This document shows positions 48,704 through 58,608 of a stretch of 64,000 bases of DNA, piece after piece. The stretch is from positions 79,343 through 143,342 of the forward strand of contig JBDGSL010000002.1 in NCBI GenBank assembly GCA_042217555.1, read 5' to 3'. Within the stretch, counting starts at the first letter, position 1. Each line of letters begins with the position of its first letter. Under the pieces are notes generated by a model, which was not told the DNA's origin, made no database searches, and saw nothing but the letters and a program-made list of their open reading frames with translations. The DNA comes from Candidatus Nanohalobium sp. (GTDB lineage Archaea > Nanohalarchaeota > Nanosalinia > Nanosalinales > Nanosalinaceae). The translations under genes and the position numbers were made by a program.

Positions 48704-49711
48704 ATGAACCGGCAGAAATCCTTCCTTTTTCTTTCCATAGCACTGGTGCTCCTGGTATGTTTCGCAATGGTTCTGCCGTTCCTCGGTTATCTTCTGGCCG
48801 GCCTGATGCTGGCCTTTATACTTGAACCGGTCAAGTCACGCCTGGAGAACTTTACCGGGCCGGGGATTTCATCGGCACTGGTAGTCGTCATGACCGTGCT
48901 GGGCGCAGTACTTCCGGTACTTGCTCTTACAGGTTTCGTCGCTGGAGACGCAAGTGAACTTGTATCAACTATAGAAAGGGACGGCCTGGATCTCTCCAAT
49001 CTGGAGACACAGGTTGAAAAACTGACAGGATTACAGGTATCACTGGAGGATAGAGTGCAGTCCGCAGTGAAAACAATAGGCTCAACTGTTCTATCAGGGA
49101 CTTCACGTATAGTAGGGTTTGCAAGCAGGGTATCCATAGGTATCTCACTGATGCTTTTCACACAGTTCTACGGATTAAAGGAAGGCCGCAAACTGGTGGA
49201 GTGGACAGAAGGATTCGACGTTATGCCAACAGAAGTACAGAGAGATCTGTACAACAGGACAGCCAGAACGATGGATGCGGTTGTCAAGGGGCACATATTT
49301 GTTGCCGTAGCCTCAGCAGCGATCGCAGGCATAGGCCTATTCCTTACAGGAATACCTAACGCAGCCTTCTGGACTTTTGTCATGGTGCTGACAGGGCTTA
49401 TCCCGATGGTAGGAACAGCACTTGTATGGCTGCCTGCAACCGTATACCTTCTCATCCAGGGATCGCTACCTGCCGCAGCCTTCCTCTTCACCTGGGGCGT
49501 GGTAGTCGTAGGAGGCTCTGACAACTTCCTCAGGCCATTCCTTGTCGACCCGGAAGCAGACCTACACCCACTGTACATAATACTTGGAGTCATAGGAGGA
49601 GCAGGAGTATTCGGAGTCATAGGAATATTCGTCGGCCCTGTCATGTTCGGACTTGCCAAATCACTTCTAACCATCTACAGGGAAAACCTGGACATGTTCG
49701 ACACCCGATAA
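48704..49711 (+). CDS. AI-2E family transporter
   Basis: IPMVGTALVWLP, DNFLRP, GIFVGP. Confidence 0.92.
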   Translation: MNRQKSFLFLSIALVLLVCFAMVLPFLGYLLAGLMLAFILEPVKSRLENFTGPGISSALVVVMTVLGAVLPVLALTGFVAGDASELVSTIERDGLDLSNLETQVEKLTGLQVSLEDRVQSAVKTIGSTVLSGTSRIVGFASRVSIGISLMLFTQFYGLKEGRKLVEWTEGFDVMPTEVQRDLYNRTARTMDAVVKGHIFVAVASAAIAGIGLFLTGIPNAAFWTFVMVLTGLIPMVGTALVWLPATVYLLIQGSLPAAAFLFTWGVVVVGGSDNFLRPFLVDPEADLHPLYIILGVIGGAGVFGVIGIFVGPVMFGLAKSLLTIYRENLDMFDTR

Positions 49712-49769
49712 GCAACACAGTCAACCCTTTATAAAATTTAACCGAGGTTTCGTAGTTACGGGTTAATCC

Positions 49770-50252
49770 ATGTCTGAAACCAAAGAAATTGTAAGAATCG
49801 CAAGAACCGGGATCGACGGAACCAAGCCGGTAAGCAAAGCACTGACAGCCCTCAAAGGAGTAGGCGACATGTACGCCAACGCAATCTCCGACGCCATGGG
49901 CTACAGCGGCGAAAAGATAGGAAACCTCTCCGAAGAAAAAATAGACGAAATAGAGGAAACTCTGAAAAACCCGGAGAAAGTAGAGATCCCGGAATGGGTC
50001 AGAAACCGACGTAAAGACAGGGAAACAGGAGAAAACACACACCTGATAGAATCAGACCTGGAACTCAAAGAAGAGTTCGACATAAGAAGATACAAAGAGA
50101 TCAACTCCTACAGAGGATGGAGACACAAGATAGGACTGCCTGTAAGAGGACAGAAAACCAAGTCCTCGTTCAGATCCGGAAGCAAGATCGGAGTAGACAC
50201 GGCATCAATCAAAGAAGAAGCCGCAGGAGGCGGCGACGAAGGTGAAGAATAA
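49770..50252 (+). CDS. rps13: 30S ribosomal protein S13
   Basis: ALTALKGVG, YRGWRH..GLPVRGQ. Confidence 0.98.
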   Translation: MSETKEIVRIARTGIDGTKPVSKALTALKGVGDMYANAISDAMGYSGEKIGNLSEEKIDEIEETLKNPEKVEIPEWVRNRRKDRETGENTHLIESDLELKEEFDIRRYKEINSYRGWRHKIGLPVRGQKTKSSFRSGSKIGVDTASIKEEAAGGGDEGEE

Positions 50253-50305
50253 TGATCAAAAACATCAAACACAAACTGAAAGCTGCACTAGGCAGCCTGA
50301 AGTAG
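50252..50305 (+). CDS. Mini-ORF (17 aa) between rps13 and rps4
   Basis: TAATG overlap with rps13 stop; ends 26 nt before rps4. Confidence 0.4.
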   Translation: MIKNIKHKLKAALGSLK

Positions 50306-50331
50306 ACAACTTTTCCAGGTGATTTTTTGAA

Positions 50332-50877
50332 ATGGTAAAGAAACTGAAGAAACAGTACGAGACACCGAACACAGGATGGAGCGAAGAAAGAATCGAAAGA
50401 GAAGACAACCTGACGGAAGACTACGGCCTGAGAAACAAGAAAGAAATATACAAAGCACAGAGCAAACTGAGAGGTCTCAGAAGACAGGCCAGAAGACTTA
50501 TAGCAGAAGAAGACGAGGAAGGGAAGAAAGACCTTATAAACAAGACGAACAGTCTCGGACTTATCCGAGAGAACGCCGGACTTGAAGACATCCTCACACT
50601 CAACGTCACCGACATACTTGACAGAAGAATACAGAAAGCCGTGGAGAGAAGAGGACACGCAGAGACAGTCTGGGAAGCACGGCAGATGATCGTCCACGGA
50701 CACGTATACATCAACGGAGAAAAAGTCAACGTACCAGGATACCTCCTGACCCAGGAAGAAGAACAAGAACTTGAAGTAAGGATGCCTGAAACCGAAGGCG
50801 AAGAAGAACAGGAAGACACACCTGAAAACGAGACTTCAGAAGAAAACCAGGAAGAAAACCAGAGTGAAGAACAGTAA
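50332..50877 (+). CDS. rps4: 30S ribosomal protein S4
   Basis: YGLRNKKE, ARQMIVHGH. Confidence 0.97.
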   Translation: MVKKLKKQYETPNTGWSEERIEREDNLTEDYGLRNKKEIYKAQSKLRGLRRQARRLIAEEDEEGKKDLINKTNSLGLIRENAGLEDILTLNVTDILDRRIQKAVERRGHAETVWEARQMIVHGHVYINGEKVNVPGYLLTQEEEQELEVRMPETEGEEEQEDTPENETSEENQEENQSEEQ

Positions 50878-50900
50878 AAAAGGATCGAGGTAGATAAAAA

Positions 50901-51281
50901 ATGAAGAAAGGACTTGTACACATCTACTCAAGCTTCAACAACACTATAGTACACCTGACAGACGCAACAGGAGCAGAAACACTTTCCCGCATCACATCAG
51001 GACAGACAACAGACAAAGGCCGGCTACAGGGCTCAGCATTCCCCGCAATGAAAGCAGCAAAGAGAGTAGCTGAAGAAGCAAAAGAGAAAGGTATCGAAAA
51101 AGTCGACATCCGGGTCAGAGCACCTGGAGGACAGAAACAGAAGATGCCAGGCCAGGGAGCACAGCCAGCAATCAGAGCCATCTCACGCTCTGACATCGAA
51201 GTCGGAAACATCGAAGACGTCACACCGGTCCCACACGACGGATGCAGAGAGAAAGGCGGAAAACGTGGCAGAAGAGTCTAA
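50901..51281 (+). CDS. rps11: 30S ribosomal protein S11
   Basis: [17 protein letters not shown]. Confidence 0.98.
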   Translation: MKKGLVHIYSSFNNTIVHLTDATGAETLSRITSGQTTDKGRLQGSAFPAMKAAKRVAEEAKEKGIEKVDIRVRAPGGQKQKMPGQGAQPAIRAISRSDIEVGNIEDVTPVPHDGCREKGGKRGRRV

Positions 51282-51295
51282 AAAAGTGGTTATAA

Positions 51296-51868
51296 GTGAA
51301 ACTTGAAATCCTAAACGAGGAAGACGGCGTTCTGGAAGCACAGCTCAGCCAGGCCAACGACGCTATCGCAAACACACTCAGAAGAGCAATGATGGTCAAA
51401 GTACCAACACTCGCAATAAAAGAACTGCATATAAACCAGAACGAATCAGGTCTCTTCGACGAAGTACTCGCCAACAGGATGGGACAGATACCGTTCACCA
51501 TCCCGGAAAACGTGGACGAAGACGACACAGTCCACATCGCAGTCCAGCAGGAAGGCCCCGGTGTAGTACACGCAGAGGACATAAAGGCCGACAACGACGA
51601 AGCAGAACCGGTCAATCCCGACGCACTCATAGTAGAACTGAAAGAAGACCAGGAACTAACCCTTGAAGGCGAAGCAGTCCTCGGAACAGGAGAACAACAC
51701 GCCAAACACCAGGGAGGGACAGCCGGATACCAGAAAACAGACGACGGACAGTACATCTTCAGGATCGAATCAACATCCGGCTACACCAACGAAGAACTCC
51801 TCAAACAGGGAATCAAACAGGTCCAGAAAGAACTAGATCGTTTCGAAGAAGCAGTAAAAGAACTCTAA
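51296..51868 (+). CDS. rpoD: RNA polymerase subunit D (Rpo3), short form without the Fe-S domain
   Basis: ANTLRR...VPTLAI, G.GEQHAK. Confidence 0.95.
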   Translation: MKLEILNEEDGVLEAQLSQANDAIANTLRRAMMVKVPTLAIKELHINQNESGLFDEVLANRMGQIPFTIPENVDEDDTVHIAVQQEGPGVVHAEDIKADNDEAEPVNPDALIVELKEDQELTLEGEAVLGTGEQHAKHQGGTAGYQKTDDGQYIFRIESTSGYTNEELLKQGIKQVQKELDRFEEAVKEL

Positions 51869-52269
51869 AAAACACGTACACCTACCACACAGTTTCCTTC
51901 TCCCTATGGAAAACACAGTCAATAGAGAACCATTTCAGACAGAAATATACAGACATAGAAATCGACAAACTATACCGCACTACAGTCAGAACACACCCAA
52001 GAAGCAGAAAAACCGGCCGACAAACCAACTTCTAATCACGGGAAAAAGGAAATGTTTTTTCTGATCTTTACTCGTAAACAGAACCTGACCTCTCTCCTCC
52101 CGCCAGTTTGAACACACTAAAAAAACATGGCCGAAAAAACTGAAACAAAAACACACCCTGTACTATACCAGGGTCGAAGACTCTCCGAGTCTTCTCGACA
52201 CCAACAAATCTACGATTCGAAGACACTACAAAGTGTCTTATCCAAGAAGATTCATAGAATCTACGATTT

Positions 52270-52304
52270 GCCGGGGTAGCCAAGTTAAATCTTGCCAACC
52301 CGGC
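52270..52304 (+). repeat. Duplicate of the tRNA-Leu 5' 16 nt folded into a hairpin
   Basis: GCCGGGGTAGCCAAGT at 52270-52285 equals 52333-52348. Confidence 0.8.
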
Positions 52305-52332
52305 CGATCAGAGAAAAAAAATTAACATGCAC

Positions 52333-52482
52333 GCCGGGGTAGCCAAGTGGCCAAAGGCGCAGGACTTAAGAACCGAACTTCTGAAAGTTCGATCATCATA
52401 AACCGCACAAGGCGGCTTTCAGAAGGGAGAATCCGATATCCTGTCCCGCAGGGGTTCAAGAGTTCAAATCTCTTCCCCGGCA
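52333..52482 (+). tRNA. tRNA-Leu (probably TAA) with ~67-nt intron (52371-52437)
   Basis: GCCGGGG/CCCCGGC, CAGGA/TCCTG, variable arm; no clean BHB helix, so intron edges and anticodon are less certain. Confidence 0.82.
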
Positions 52483-52594
52483 TCATATTCTATAACTAGG
52501 AAGAATTTAACACAAAATCAATTCAGCAAGCTCTTTGCTGTCGTCCTGATCTCTAATGTCTTCCCTGGCCTCAGGCAGTAATCTGATCTCCACT

Positions 52595-52828
52595 TCACTC
52601 ACTCAGGTCTTCGATGAAACTGTCAATATCTTCTGTAGTTTCCAGGCCTTCCTTCTGAAGCTTCATATACCGGTAGAGAAGTTCAGGATCAATCTCTTCG
52701 TCTTCCTCAAGCTGATTCCGAATAGCCTGTCTAATATACTCTGAAGCACTCTTGTAGTCCTTCCTCTCAGCAGTCTCCTCAATCCGCTCCTTCAAACCAT
52801 CCGGAACATCAACACTAACCTTCGCCAT
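52595..52828 (-). CDS. RHH/CopG antitoxin followed by a truncated RelE-like remnant
   Basis: VSVDVP...YKSASEYIRQAIR; downstream EIRLLPEAREDI fragment. Confidence 0.8.
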   Translation of the reverse strand: MAKVSVDVPDGLKERIEETAERKDYKSASEYIRQAIRNQLEEDEEIDPELLYRYMKLQKEGLETTEDIDSFIEDLSE

Positions 52829-52933
52829 GATAATAGGTATGTAGGATAAACCTAATATTTCTTTCGCTTTACCTTAGCTCAACTCACTTTTTTCCTGGGG
52901 TTTAACCCCAAATGATTTTCCAGGACAGGAGAG

Positions 52934-53293
52934 TTGAAGAAAAGATTACTATCGAGGCAGTCGTGTACAGGGTTGAGGAAAGTGAAAATTATCCGGACAG
53001 CATCAGATACAGCTTTCAAGCCCACAGAGAAAGAAACACTGCTGAGATATGATAACTACACCAGGGTCGCGGCATCACAAACGGCTATAATGGAGAAAGA
53101 ACCGGACAGCATCACCGAACTAACTGAAATACTTGGCAGAGACATGAAAGAAGTACACAGCGACCTGAAACTGCTTGAGGAAAACAATATAGTTTTCTTC
53201 GAGGAACAAGGCCGAAAGAAACCGGTAATACCCTACAAAGACATAAAAGTCGACTACAGCATCACAAACAGCCTACTGACAGCACGGAGATGA
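52934..53293 (+). pseudogene. Fused remnant of a TumE-like toxin and an HVO_A0114-like HTH
   Basis: LLRYDN joined to PDSITEL...GRDMKEVHSDL. Confidence 0.55.
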
Positions 53294-53377
53294 AGGCGTA
53301 GAAAGCTTTACATTTCCCCATTCTCTGATTTTTCCCTAATCACAAAGTTTAATAGAATACACTGTCAAAGTAAATAC

Positions 53378-53623
53378 ATGCCTACTGTCAGTGTGAACGT
53401 GCCGGAGAAGATGAAGAGGAAAATCGAAGAACTCAGTGAGGAAAACATGTACAGCAACACCTCCGAGTACATCAGGGCTGCATTAAGAAAACAGATTGAG
53501 GAAGACAACGGTTTAACACCTGAAGAAGAGGAGATAGTTCTGGAGAGGATGGAAAGAATGGAGGAGCGTGAAGACAAAGGAAAAACGCTCGAAGAGGTTT
53601 CAGAGGAGTTAGGGATCGAATAG
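53378..53623 (+). CDS. RHH antitoxin
   Basis: TVSVNVP...YSNTSEYIRAALR, TLEEV..ELG. Confidence 0.85.
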   Translation: MPTVSVNVPEKMKRKIEELSEENMYSNTSEYIRAALRKQIEEDNGLTPEEEEIVLERMERMEEREDKGKTLEEVSEELGIE

Positions 53624-53979
53624 ATGGAAATAATCATCGAGCCAGAAGCTGAAGAAGACCTGAAAGAAATAAAAGAAGAACACAGGCCCTACATCAGAAA
53701 CCGGTTACAGGAGCTGAAGCAGAATCCGATAAACCGCGAAGATTCAGCCTATATACGCGTGAAAGGAAGGGAGGTATTCAAGTACGTCATGAAGCAAGGT
53801 TCTAAAGGTGGAAATCCGAAAACTCGCAGAGTTTTCTGGTTTTAAGAAATTCTTTTCCAGAATTTCGGGAAGACTATAGAGCAGTCTACGACATAGAGGG
53901 AGAAAAAGTAGAAGTAAAGGCTATCTTCCACAGAGACCAGGGATACGATAAGGAAGAACTGTCTGATAGAGTACGGTAA
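53624..53979 (+). pseudogene. RelE/ParE toxin interrupted by a ~56-nt hairpin insertion
   Basis: N-half MEIIIEPEAEEDL; C-half DYRAVY...IFHRDQGY in another frame. Confidence 0.8.
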
Positions 53980-54008
53980 TTAAATTCCTAACTCTTCAAA
54001 TATCTCCT

Positions 54009-54257
54009 GTGAAATCGAAAAGTATCGAAAGGTTTCTGGAATTCGTCGTCGTAGGCATAATGTTCGGAACAGTTGAAGACCTTATAGCGGTGAAACTCGC
54101 AACAGGCGAAACAATAACACTTCAGATGATCGGCGTCGTGGTCGCAGTCGCCATACCATTCGCAGCATTCTCAGAACTCTACATCGACCACCCGGAGATA
54201 AGGCCTATGAAGTCACTCGCCCGGAAAATAGAGAAAAAGACAAGAGAAACATTCTAA
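54009..54257 (+). CDS. Small two-TM membrane protein
   Basis: Two hydrophobic segments. Confidence 0.7.
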   Translation: MKSKSIERFLEFVVVGIMFGTVEDLIAVKLATGETITLQMIGVVVAVAIPFAAFSELYIDHPEIRPMKSLARKIEKKTRETF

Positions 54258-54282
54258 GAGAGCCTAAGAAGGCGAAAACTTT

Positions 54283-54513
54283 CTAAGCTATAACCTCTCT
54301 TTCCTGAAACCTCTCCAGAATACGCGGACTAAAACCGTTCTCCGTAACTATATCAACATCACGGCCAATATCCTCTGAGATAACTCTCTCCAACCGTGCA
54401 ACTCCCAACAAACTAACACTCTCACTGAAATCAACCAGGACATCAACATCACTCTCCTCACCTGCATCACCACGGGCAAAACTACCTAAAAGAACTACCT
54501 CAGAGCCCAGCCA
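54283..54513 (-). pseudogene. Minimal nucleotidyltransferase (MNT) fragment
   Basis: LLGSFARGDAGEESDVDVLV; in-frame stop upstream and no start. Confidence 0.75.
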
Positions 54514-54658
54514 CTACTGCTGAATTAGGTATTTTTGCTCCGACACTTTCTCTCAACCTATCATCTTAGACTTTTCACCTTTACTCACAAGACCGGTAAA
54601 AACAGGACTCAGCCCGTTGAACCGAAAAGTTTTAACGCTTCGTCAACAAAAAACATCT

Positions 54659-54856
54659 ATGCCACTGAAAAATGACTTGCCCGAAGATGCCATAGTCATC
54701 AAAGGCGACTCAAAGGTCTTCACACAACCAGTGGAGACCAGTAAAAACGCAAGCCTGGAACAAATAAAGGGCAGTCTAAAAGACTACAACGAAGAATACA
54801 GCAGCGTAGAACTCCAACACAAAGCCTCAGAGTGGCGCAGAAATGTATCTGATTGA
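54659..54856 (+). CDS. Putative antitoxin
   Basis: SSVELQH..SEW; overlaps a PIN gene. Confidence 0.55.
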   Translation: MPLKNDLPEDAIVIKGDSKVFTQPVETSKNASLEQIKGSLKDYNEEYSSVELQHKASEWRRNVSD

Positions 54857-55079
54857 CACAAACATCCTTCTGGAAGTCCTACTCGAACAAGAAAAATCAG
54901 ACGAATGCAGCGAATTCCTGAAGAAAGAAAGAGCCTCAAGAACTCCTGTAAAAAACTCAATCCTGCCGCCGATATACCAAACCAAAAAACACCAAACACA
55001 ATTCTTAACTCCTCAGTCACAAAAACTTAAAGTTTGGAAAATACCGAACAGAAAACCGCTGAAACAAACAACACGTTAA
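54843..55079 (+). pseudogene. Truncated VapC PIN toxin
   Basis: MYLIDTNILLE, then similarity is lost. Confidence 0.65.
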
Positions 55080-55330
55080 AACATCTGAAAAACACTTAGA
55101 AACCTTGCAAATACTTTTAACCAAATATCAGGCCTCTATAAACGTTAAAACCTGTTTAAATAAAACTCTCAGAAAACAACTGCTATACAAAACTCATGTA
55201 GTTCAAAAACCTGGTAAAACAATTCCTGAAGGATATAAAACATTTTAAGCAATTCTATCTGTGTTCGGACATCTGTAGAACGTTCAAAAACGGTTCGTGA
55301 ACGGTTAAAACAGGCCTAGACTACCAAGCA

Positions 55331-55650
55331 TTTAAAAAGGTACTTGACCTTATTAGGCTACAAGGAAGAAACCAGATTCAGCAATACAGCGGACCCCGCT
55401 TTGATTCCCACAGATTGTTAGTACACGCCCAAGAGGAAAACGGGCCAAGGTTTTTTTACGGGAATCGGGATCCCGCGGAGCGAACACAAACCCCACTTAC
55501 AGTCTTCCTCCCTGAGTGACGCTTCGACACCCAAAAACAAACAAAGAAAAAACACGGGAGAAAGAAGACCAGGGGAACACTACGCATCCTCAGGTCTCAA
55601 AAACAAAGACAAAAAACACGCGTAGAAACACACAATAGGTGCAACACACA
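55331..55650 (+). promoter_or_regulatory. Promoter and long structured leader of the S-layer gene
   Basis: TTTAAAAA at 55331; nested stems; SD AGGTG before ATG 55651. Confidence 0.55.
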
Positions 55651-58446
55651 ATGCAATCAATCAAGAAGCTCACCGACAAGGTGGCAAACAACGTATCAAC
55701 CATCGCTGGTTCCGCACTACTCGTAGGCGCAACCCTCACAGGAGGAGCAGCATTCGCTGCAGCCCAGAGTGGGTCCAGTGGAAACAGCATGGATCTCGGA
55801 GACTATCCACAACCATTCGTAACAGAAGACGGACAAGTACAGACAAGCATCGTCCTAGGAAGCGACGCAAAAGTAACCGACGTAGTCGGAGCAACAGAAA
55901 TCGCAGGTTCACTAGGAAACGCAGCATTCAAACAAGAAACAAAATCAGTCTCCGTATCAGGAGCAGGCGGAAGCTGGAGTGCATCCAACGGAGTAACACT
56001 AGACACAGCAAACGACAACCTGTACTTCGGAGACAGCCTAGATACAGTAAGAGACACTCTAACTTCAGAGCAGTTGAGCTCACTGAAGGACACAACATTC
56101 CAGGACGACAACGGAGATGAGACAGACATCGAGAATTATCTCTACCCTGGAAGTCTACAGACAACATTCGGAAAGCCTGACGACAGAAACAACCAGGATC
56201 CGATTCACTACGTAAGCAACCCAGCAGATCCTACATCAAACAACAACCTGTTCACACTACAGGCAAACTTCGAAGACGAGATCGACTTCGCAGCTGACGA
56301 CGTAGAAGACGAAGAGATCCAGCTATTCGGAAACACCTACACAGTTTCCACAGACACAACTTCCGGAGAGCTTGTCCTTTACGGATCACAGGACACAACT
56401 TCAGTAGCTTCTGGAAAATCAACAACCATCACGATCAACGGAAACGAACACACGTTCGAGGTTGTAGGAGTAACAGGAAAGAACACAGCTGCATTCAAAG
56501 TTGACGGAGAACTACAGCAGAAGGATGAAGAAGACACAATAACAGTCGACGGAACAGAAGTCAGACTTTCAGATGTAATCCAGACAAACGCTGACCAGTC
56601 TCAGGGAACCGTAACATTCGCAATCGGAAACAACGAGCTAGTCCTCAAGGAAGGCGAAGCAATTGAAGACGGCGATGGAAACGACATCGACGGAACAAAG
56701 GTCAACTTCCAGGGACTAGACGCACAGGACGACAACAACGACGACAGCAACGAAGCTGACGACAGTGAAGAGATGGCGGCTTCAGGAATCGAGATCTACG
56801 TCGGCGCACAGAACGACGACCACGAGTACATCCAGGCTGGAAACAGCTACAGTCACGAGCTATTCCCAGAATTCACATTCCGCTACGGAGGACTTGCACC
56901 TGACGCAAGCAACGCAGATTCAGAAAACGTTCACCAGGTAGAGTTCTCCACAAGCGGAGACGACACAGTCACAGTCGGAATGACAGCAGACGGTTCAAGC
57001 ACAAGCCTTGAAGCACTGCACAACCCAGACCCTGCAAGCGATAACAGTTACCTACTCGGTGACGACGACGGAGACCAGTACGTAGTAAAGGAAGGAGCAT
57101 CCGTCTACGAAGACGAATACGTCGCAGCTGACGCAGGAGACTTCGCACACATCTGGGAAGTCACCAACATCGACAGAGACACAGCAGGCACAAACCTAAG
57201 TGCAGGCGACGAAGCAGTAGTCACACTTCAGGACGCAGTAACAGGAGACACAGTTGAAGTTGACGTTGACGCAGCTAACCCAACAGCTAACGCAGCTAAC
57301 GCTGATGAAGACTACACCGGTACAGAAGTCATCGACGGACAGACCTACCACATCACAGTTGACGGAACCGCAGATGACGCAAGCACCAATGGACGCGAAG
57401 GTTACGGTGTCCGAATGGCTTACGGTGGAGCAAGCGCAACAGTAGTCAACGATGGTCCAGACACACTGGACACAGGAGATGCAACATCACTTTACGCTCC
57501 TGTAGACACAGCATCTGGCTCAGCAATCGCACTGACAGAAGAGATCACAGGTCTGTCAAACAACACTGTAGTCGAGCTTCCTTCAACAGAATCTACAGAC
57601 GCCAAAACACACAACGTCTCACTTGCCGATGGTAAAGTCAACGAGTTTACAGTTGGACAGACACTCTACCAGGCAGAGAACACTGCAGGCGCTGGAGGCG
57701 TAAAGGTATCTGTAGATCCAGATCAGAGTACAGATACAAATTACGACCCAGCCAACGCTGGAGTTCTGACAGTCCTTCCTGAGGACGACAACGACAACGA
57801 AGAATCTTACTTCGTTGGCGCAGGTTACGATGGACAGGACGATCAGATCACAGTCAACAACGCAGATTACTCAGGTGCGATGAACAACAGACAGTCATCC
57901 ACACTTGAGAGCAACAACGATGTAACTGCGTACGTTGACTACTACGGAGCTTACTCCGAGTTTGACAGTGACGAGCAGAAGAGCTTCACACTGAACATCC
58001 CAGCAGGACAGTCGACCGTTGGAGCTGCTTTCACCACGCAGGCTGGAAGTCTTTCAAGTGAAGGCGGCGGATCTGGTTCAGTTCAGACCCAGATGCCTAC
58101 GTGGCAGCGTGCTGACGGAGTTCTTGCTGACGACGGTAACGTCGGTCAGGTCAAGCAGAACGAGAACGTTATCCTGGTAGGAGGCCCAGCAGCTAACAGC
58201 CTTACACAGGAGCTTGTTGCTGACAACCAGACCATGCCAGCATCCGAGTACACACAGGGACAAGGTATGATCCAGTTGGTTGATGGCTTCAGTGAAGGCC
58301 ACCAGGCTCTTGTAGTTGCCGGTTACAGCGGTAAGGACACGAGAGCTGCTGCAGAGTTCCTGGCTAACTACAGGAACAATCAGGATGCACTGGAAGGTAA
58401 GGAGAAAGTCACAATTTCGACTTCCACCGGTAGTGTAGTCAATTAA
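55651..58446 (+). CDS. S-layer protein
   Basis: Signal peptide, YPQPFV...IVLG N-domain, ILVGGP.AN...LVVAG...T.AAA C-domain; very acidic. Confidence 0.88.
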   Translation: MQSIKKLTDKVANNVSTIAGSALLVGATLTGGAAFAAAQSGSSGNSMDLGDYPQPFVTEDGQVQTSIVLGSDAKVTDVVGATEIAGSLGNAAFKQETKSVSVSGAGGSWSASNGVTLDTANDNLYFGDSLDTVRDTLTSEQLSSLKDTTFQDDNGDETDIENYLYPGSLQTTFGKPDDRNNQDPIHYVSNPADPTSNNNLFTLQANFEDEIDFAADDVEDEEIQLFGNTYTVSTDTTSGELVLYGSQDTTSVASGKSTTITINGNEHTFEVVGVTGKNTAAFKVDGELQQKDEEDTITVDGTEVRLSDVIQTNADQSQGTVTFAIGNNELVLKEGEAIEDGDGNDIDGTKVNFQGLDAQDDNNDDSNEADDSEEMAASGIEIYVGAQNDDHEYIQAGNSYSHELFPEFTFRYGGLAPDASNADSENVHQVEFSTSGDDTVTVGMTADGSSTSLEALHNPDPASDNSYLLGDDDGDQYVVKEGASVYEDEYVAADAGDFAHIWEVTNIDRDTAGTNLSAGDEAVVTLQDAVTGDTVEVDVDAANPTANAANADEDYTGTEVIDGQTYHITVDGTADDASTNGREGYGVRMAYGGASATVVNDGPDTLDTGDATSLYAPVDTASGSAIALTEEITGLSNNTVVELPSTESTDAKTHNVSLADGKVNEFTVGQTLYQAENTAGAGGVKVSVDPDQSTDTNYDPANAGVLTVLPEDDNDNEESYFVGAGYDGQDDQITVNNADYSGAMNNRQSSTLESNNDVTAYVDYYGAYSEFDSDEQKSFTLNIPAGQSTVGAAFTTQAGSLSSEGGGSGSVQTQMPTWQRADGVLADDGNVGQVKQNENVILVGGPAANSLTQELVADNQTMPASEYTQGQGMIQLVDGFSEGHQALVVAGYSGKDTRAAAEFLANYRNNQDALEGKEKVTISTSTGSVVN

Positions 58447-58608
58447 AGGCTGACTACACTTCCCGCTTATCTTTTCCTTTCTTCTTTAATTCCAATTCAT
58501 TAAGCTTTCCAATTCATTAAGCTTTCCAGATTTGTATGATAACCGGTTCCCAGAGAATCCGTTTCGTCGATGGGTAAATATTTAAGATTTATTTCCCCGT
58601 CCATAACT

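Noticed and set aside
52270..52304. Split-tRNA half
   Set aside because: Only 16 nt, self-paired, and the intact gene lies 63 nt downstream
53814..53869. Canonical BHB mRNA intron in relE
   Set aside because: No 4-bp helix flanked by two 3-nt bulges could be drawn at frame-restoring positions; kept only as an alternative
58490..58527. 17-bp tandem duplication TTCCAATTCATTAAGCT
   Set aside because: Only two copies after the S-layer terminator; simple slippage
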